A stretch of DNA of 64,000 nt from a virus, in IMG/VR virus record IMGVR_UViG_3300045988_155520, positions 248,239-312,238 of that record; one strand, 5' to 3'. Numbering within the stretch: position 1 is the stretch's first letter; every line of letters starts with the position of its first letter. Shown here piece by piece: positions 62,198-64,000 of this stretch. The translations under genes and the position numbers were made by a program. The notes below the pieces were generated by a model. That model was not told where the DNA came from. It searched no databases and saw only the letters and a program-made list of their open reading frames with translations.

Positions 62198-62367
62198 TGA
62201 TTTAAGTACTTTTCATTTCTTGCTTCAACCTATCACTACTTTTTAGGAACACTTAGAGTGTTCGGTCATCCATAGGAGGATAGTCCACAAGCGTAAATTA
62301 GGTGCTACGGACACCTACTTATTTAAAAGATTATTATTTCTGTTATAAAATCAATAAAAATTATTAG

Positions 62368-62440
62368 TTGGATGAGGTGGAATCGAACCACCGACACATG
62401 GACCTTCAAACCACTGCTCTACCGACTGAGCTATCACCCA
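62368..62440 (-). tRNA. tRNA-Phe (anticodon GAA)
   Basis: Acceptor TGGGTGA/TCATCCA, D arm GCTC-AGTCGGTA-GAGC, anticodon loop TTGAAGG, T arm GGTGG-TTCGATT-CCACC. Confidence 0.75.
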
Positions 62441-62445
62441 TTATG

Positions 62446-62518
62446 AGCTGAATGTGGGACTCGAACCCACAGCCTACTGATTACAAATCAGTTGCACAAC
62501 CAATCGTGCTCATTCAGC
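62446..62518 (-). tRNA. tRNA-Thr (anticodon TGT)
   Basis: Acceptor GCTGAAT/ATTCAGC, anticodon arm ACTGA-TTTGTAA-TCAGT, T arm GTGGG-TTCGAGT-CCCAC. Confidence 0.8.
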
Positions 62519-62535
62519 TATTAATTATTTAATTA

Positions 62536-63363
62536 TCATTTCTGTTTAATGTTCCACATAGGAGTTTCTCCAGAACCAACAAGTACATCAATATTAGCAC
62601 CCTGTTTACTTGCAATTACATCCCATGCACGAAGTTGAATAAACTGCTGTGGAGAAAGTGCCAACTCATTCATATAAGCCTTGTCCGCAATAGCCTTATT
62701 CTTTTCAGCTTTGGCTCTTGCTAACTCCATTTCAGCCTTCTTCTCCTGTGTCTGCTTTGCTTGAATTGCAGCAGCAGTCTTGTTCATTTCATCGAGCTGT
62801 TCCTTATTAGGCATAACTCTATCTGTAGTAACCTGCTGAATAGTAACAGGGAAGTTTCCTCTTGTCTTTGAAAGTTGCTGAATATAAATTCTCATTGACT
62901 TAGCAATTTCAGTGTCAAGTTTATTAAGTACTTCACGATTGCTCATCAAATCAAATGGAGAACACGTAGAAACATATTCACGTACCTTATTCTTGAAATA
63001 AGGTTCAATGAATGTTTTATACCAGTCTTCACCATAATTCTCCAACAATTCAGGAGTATGCCCTTTCTGAACTTGCAATACCATATACATGCTTACATCC
63101 AAAGGTGTGTTATCGTTTGAAAGCAAGTCATCGAACTTGAACTCCACCTTTTGAGGAAGAATATAAAAACTCACAGCTGATGTTGTCCATGCAATACATG
63201 TTAAGTCATTAACAGGAGTAGGGTCTACACCAGTACTACCAACAAACCATGGCTTCATCTTTAAAGCTACTTCTTCATCGTATGATGGGTTTGTAAATGA
63301 ACAGCTTGTTAATGCTGTTACAGCAAAGATTGCAGTAGCAATAAACGTAACAATTTTCTTCAT
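62536..63363 (-). CDS. SPFH/band-7-like lipoprotein
   Basis: Signal peptide plus lipobox (AVTALTSCSF). The C-terminal Ala/Lys/Glu-rich helix and QQFIQLRAWDVIAS... are typical of prohibitin-like proteins. Confidence 0.5.
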   Translation of the reverse strand: MKKIVTFIATAIFAVTALTSCSFTNPSYDEEVALKMKPWFVGSTGVDPTPVNDLTCIAWTTSAVSFYILPQKVEFKFDDLLSNDNTPLDVSMYMVLQVQKGHTPELLENYGEDWYKTFIEPYFKNKVREYVSTCSPFDLMSNREVLNKLDTEIAKSMRIYIQQLSKTRGNFPVTIQQVTTDRVMPNKEQLDEMNKTAAAIQAKQTQEKKAEMELARAKAEKNKAIADKAYMNELALSPQQFIQLRAWDVIASKQGANIDVLVGSGETPMWNIKQK

Positions 63364-63387
63364 ATATGCTTTGATTTAAATTAATAT

Positions 63388-63648
63388 CTATTCTTCTGAA
63401 GTTGGTCTTATTCTTAAAACTTCTGAGAACTCATCTTTCGTCAGATACCAGAATGGTTTACTTCCATTCTTGTAATACATTTTAGTGAAATCATCTGGAT
63501 GTAATGCCAAATGAAATAATACATGAAAAATATTAAAAACGTTACTATCATCCCAACCTGAATTTTTTGCTCTTAAAAATATTCCAATTGGGAAAAGTAT
63601 GATTCCAATAATAATTCCAAGTAATAAACTTAAAAATACTGTTAACAT
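63388..63648 (-). CDS. small membrane protein
   Basis: N-terminal hydrophobic helix. Confidence 0.5.
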   Translation of the reverse strand: MLTVFLSLLLGIIIGIILFPIGIFLRAKNSGWDDSNVFNIFHVLFHLALHPDDFTKMYYKNGSKPFWYLTKDEFSEVLRIRPTSEE

Positions 63649-63667
63649 ATTTATGTTGCTTTAAAAA

Positions 63668-63743
63668 GTCCTCGCTGATGGACTTGAACCACCGACCACT
63701 TGGGTATAAGCCGAGTGCTCTAACCAACTGAGCTAAGCGAGGA
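63668..63743 (-). tRNA. tRNA-Ile (anticodon TAT)
   Basis: Acceptor TCCTCGC/GCGAGGA, D arm AGCTC-AGTTGGTTA-GAGC, anticodon loop CTTATAC, T loop TTCAAGT. Confidence 0.75.
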
Positions 63744-63752
63744 AAAATTATG

Positions 63753-63844
63753 CGGAGATTATAGGACTCGAACCTATACACCATATTACTACGATTACTG
63801 ATAGTTTAGCAAACTATTGCCTTACCAATTAGGCTTAAATCTCC
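63753..63844 (-). tRNA. tRNA-Ser (anticodon GCT), class II
   Basis: Acceptor GGAGATT/AATCTCC, anticodon arm ATAGT-TTGCTAA-ACTAT, long variable arm, T arm ATAGG-TTCGAGT-CCTAT. Confidence 0.8.
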
Positions 63845-63852
63845 AATATAAG

Positions 63853-63939
63853 AGGAGAGTAAGAGATTCGAACTCTTGGAACATTTTACTGTCCTCTGGT
63901 TTTCAAGACCAGCGCTTTAAACCACTCAGCCAACTCTCT
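63853..63939 (-). tRNA. tRNA-Ser (anticodon TGA), class II
   Basis: Anticodon arm CTGGT-CTTGAAA-ACCAG, long variable arm, T arm AAGAG-TTCGAAT-CTCTT. The acceptor has an A1-C72 mismatch. Confidence 0.7.
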
Positions 63940-63943
63940 AGAA

Positions 63944-64000
63944 TGGTTGCAGGAGAGGGAGTCGAACCCCCGACCTCTGGGTTATGAGCCCAGCAAGCTA
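63944..64000 (-). tRNA. tRNA-Met/Ile2 type (anticodon CAT), 5' part beyond the window, CCA encoded
   Basis: Anticodon arm CTGGG-CTCATAA-CCCAG, T loop TTCGACT, 3' end TGCAACCA. Confidence 0.6.

Noticed and set aside
62247-62263. Possible amber-suppressor tRNA: hairpin GAACA-CUCUAAG-UGUUC with CUA in anticodon position, inside the tRNA cluster.
   Set aside because: I could not build an acceptor stem, D arm or T arm around it, and there is no TTCRA loop downstream. TAG also behaves as a normal stop for the ORFs in this window. It is left as part of the structured-spacer finding.
63548-63784. 78-aa ORF overlapping tRNA-Ile and tRNA-Ser.
   Set aside because: It is the translation of tRNA genes and of the tail of 63388..63648.

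Overview
AT-rich (about 30% GC by eye, not computed) 64-kb stretch that reads as an accessory region of a large phage, or phage-like element, of a Bacteroidota host. It carries more than 120 tightly packed ORFs, almost all on the minus strand. Most are small and unassignable, and many belong to in-window paralog families: YopX x4, ASCH-like x2, DUF551-like x4, 20-residue LRR proteins x4, and others. Operons are preceded by Bacteroidota-type -7 boxes (TAnnTTTG, seen as caaagata/caaaggta on the plus strand) and end in hairpin plus T-run terminators. Several products have lipoprotein signal peptides. Eight tRNA genes plus one degenerate tRNA-like gene sit in two clusters at 61.9-62.5 kb and 63.7-64.0 kb.

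Recognisable functions:
- Two orphan DNA methyltransferases.
- A trifunctional Pnkp-like RNA repair enzyme (kinase, phosphatase, ligase), a CCA-adding enzyme and a YqeY-like protein.
- An RlmN/Cfr-like radical SAM enzyme.
- An NAD salvage set: PncA, PncB, NadD and Nudix, next to a macro-domain protein.
- An ABC-type ATPase, a Panacea (DUF4065) protein, and a 5'-truncated DHFR.

Most notable content:
1. Three RNA-guided-nuclease genes. One is an intact IscB with an upstream structured omega-RNA region. One is an IS605-type TnpB with an in-frame TGA, whose right end abuts the truncated DHFR. One is a separate 539-aa TnpB/Cas12f-like protein. The IscB and TnpB elements share near-identical terminal hairpins.
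2. Three dispersed copies of a roughly 130-nt non-coding module, made of a conserved ~95-nt leader plus a 36-nt repeat. Two copies are repeat-spacer-repeat mini-arrays with unrelated 29-30-nt spacers (37.5 kb and 44.1 kb). The third is a solitary repeat (59.6 kb). No cas adaptation genes are visible.

All calls come from reading the sequence and ORF track by hand. RNA boundaries are approximate, and no database search was possible.
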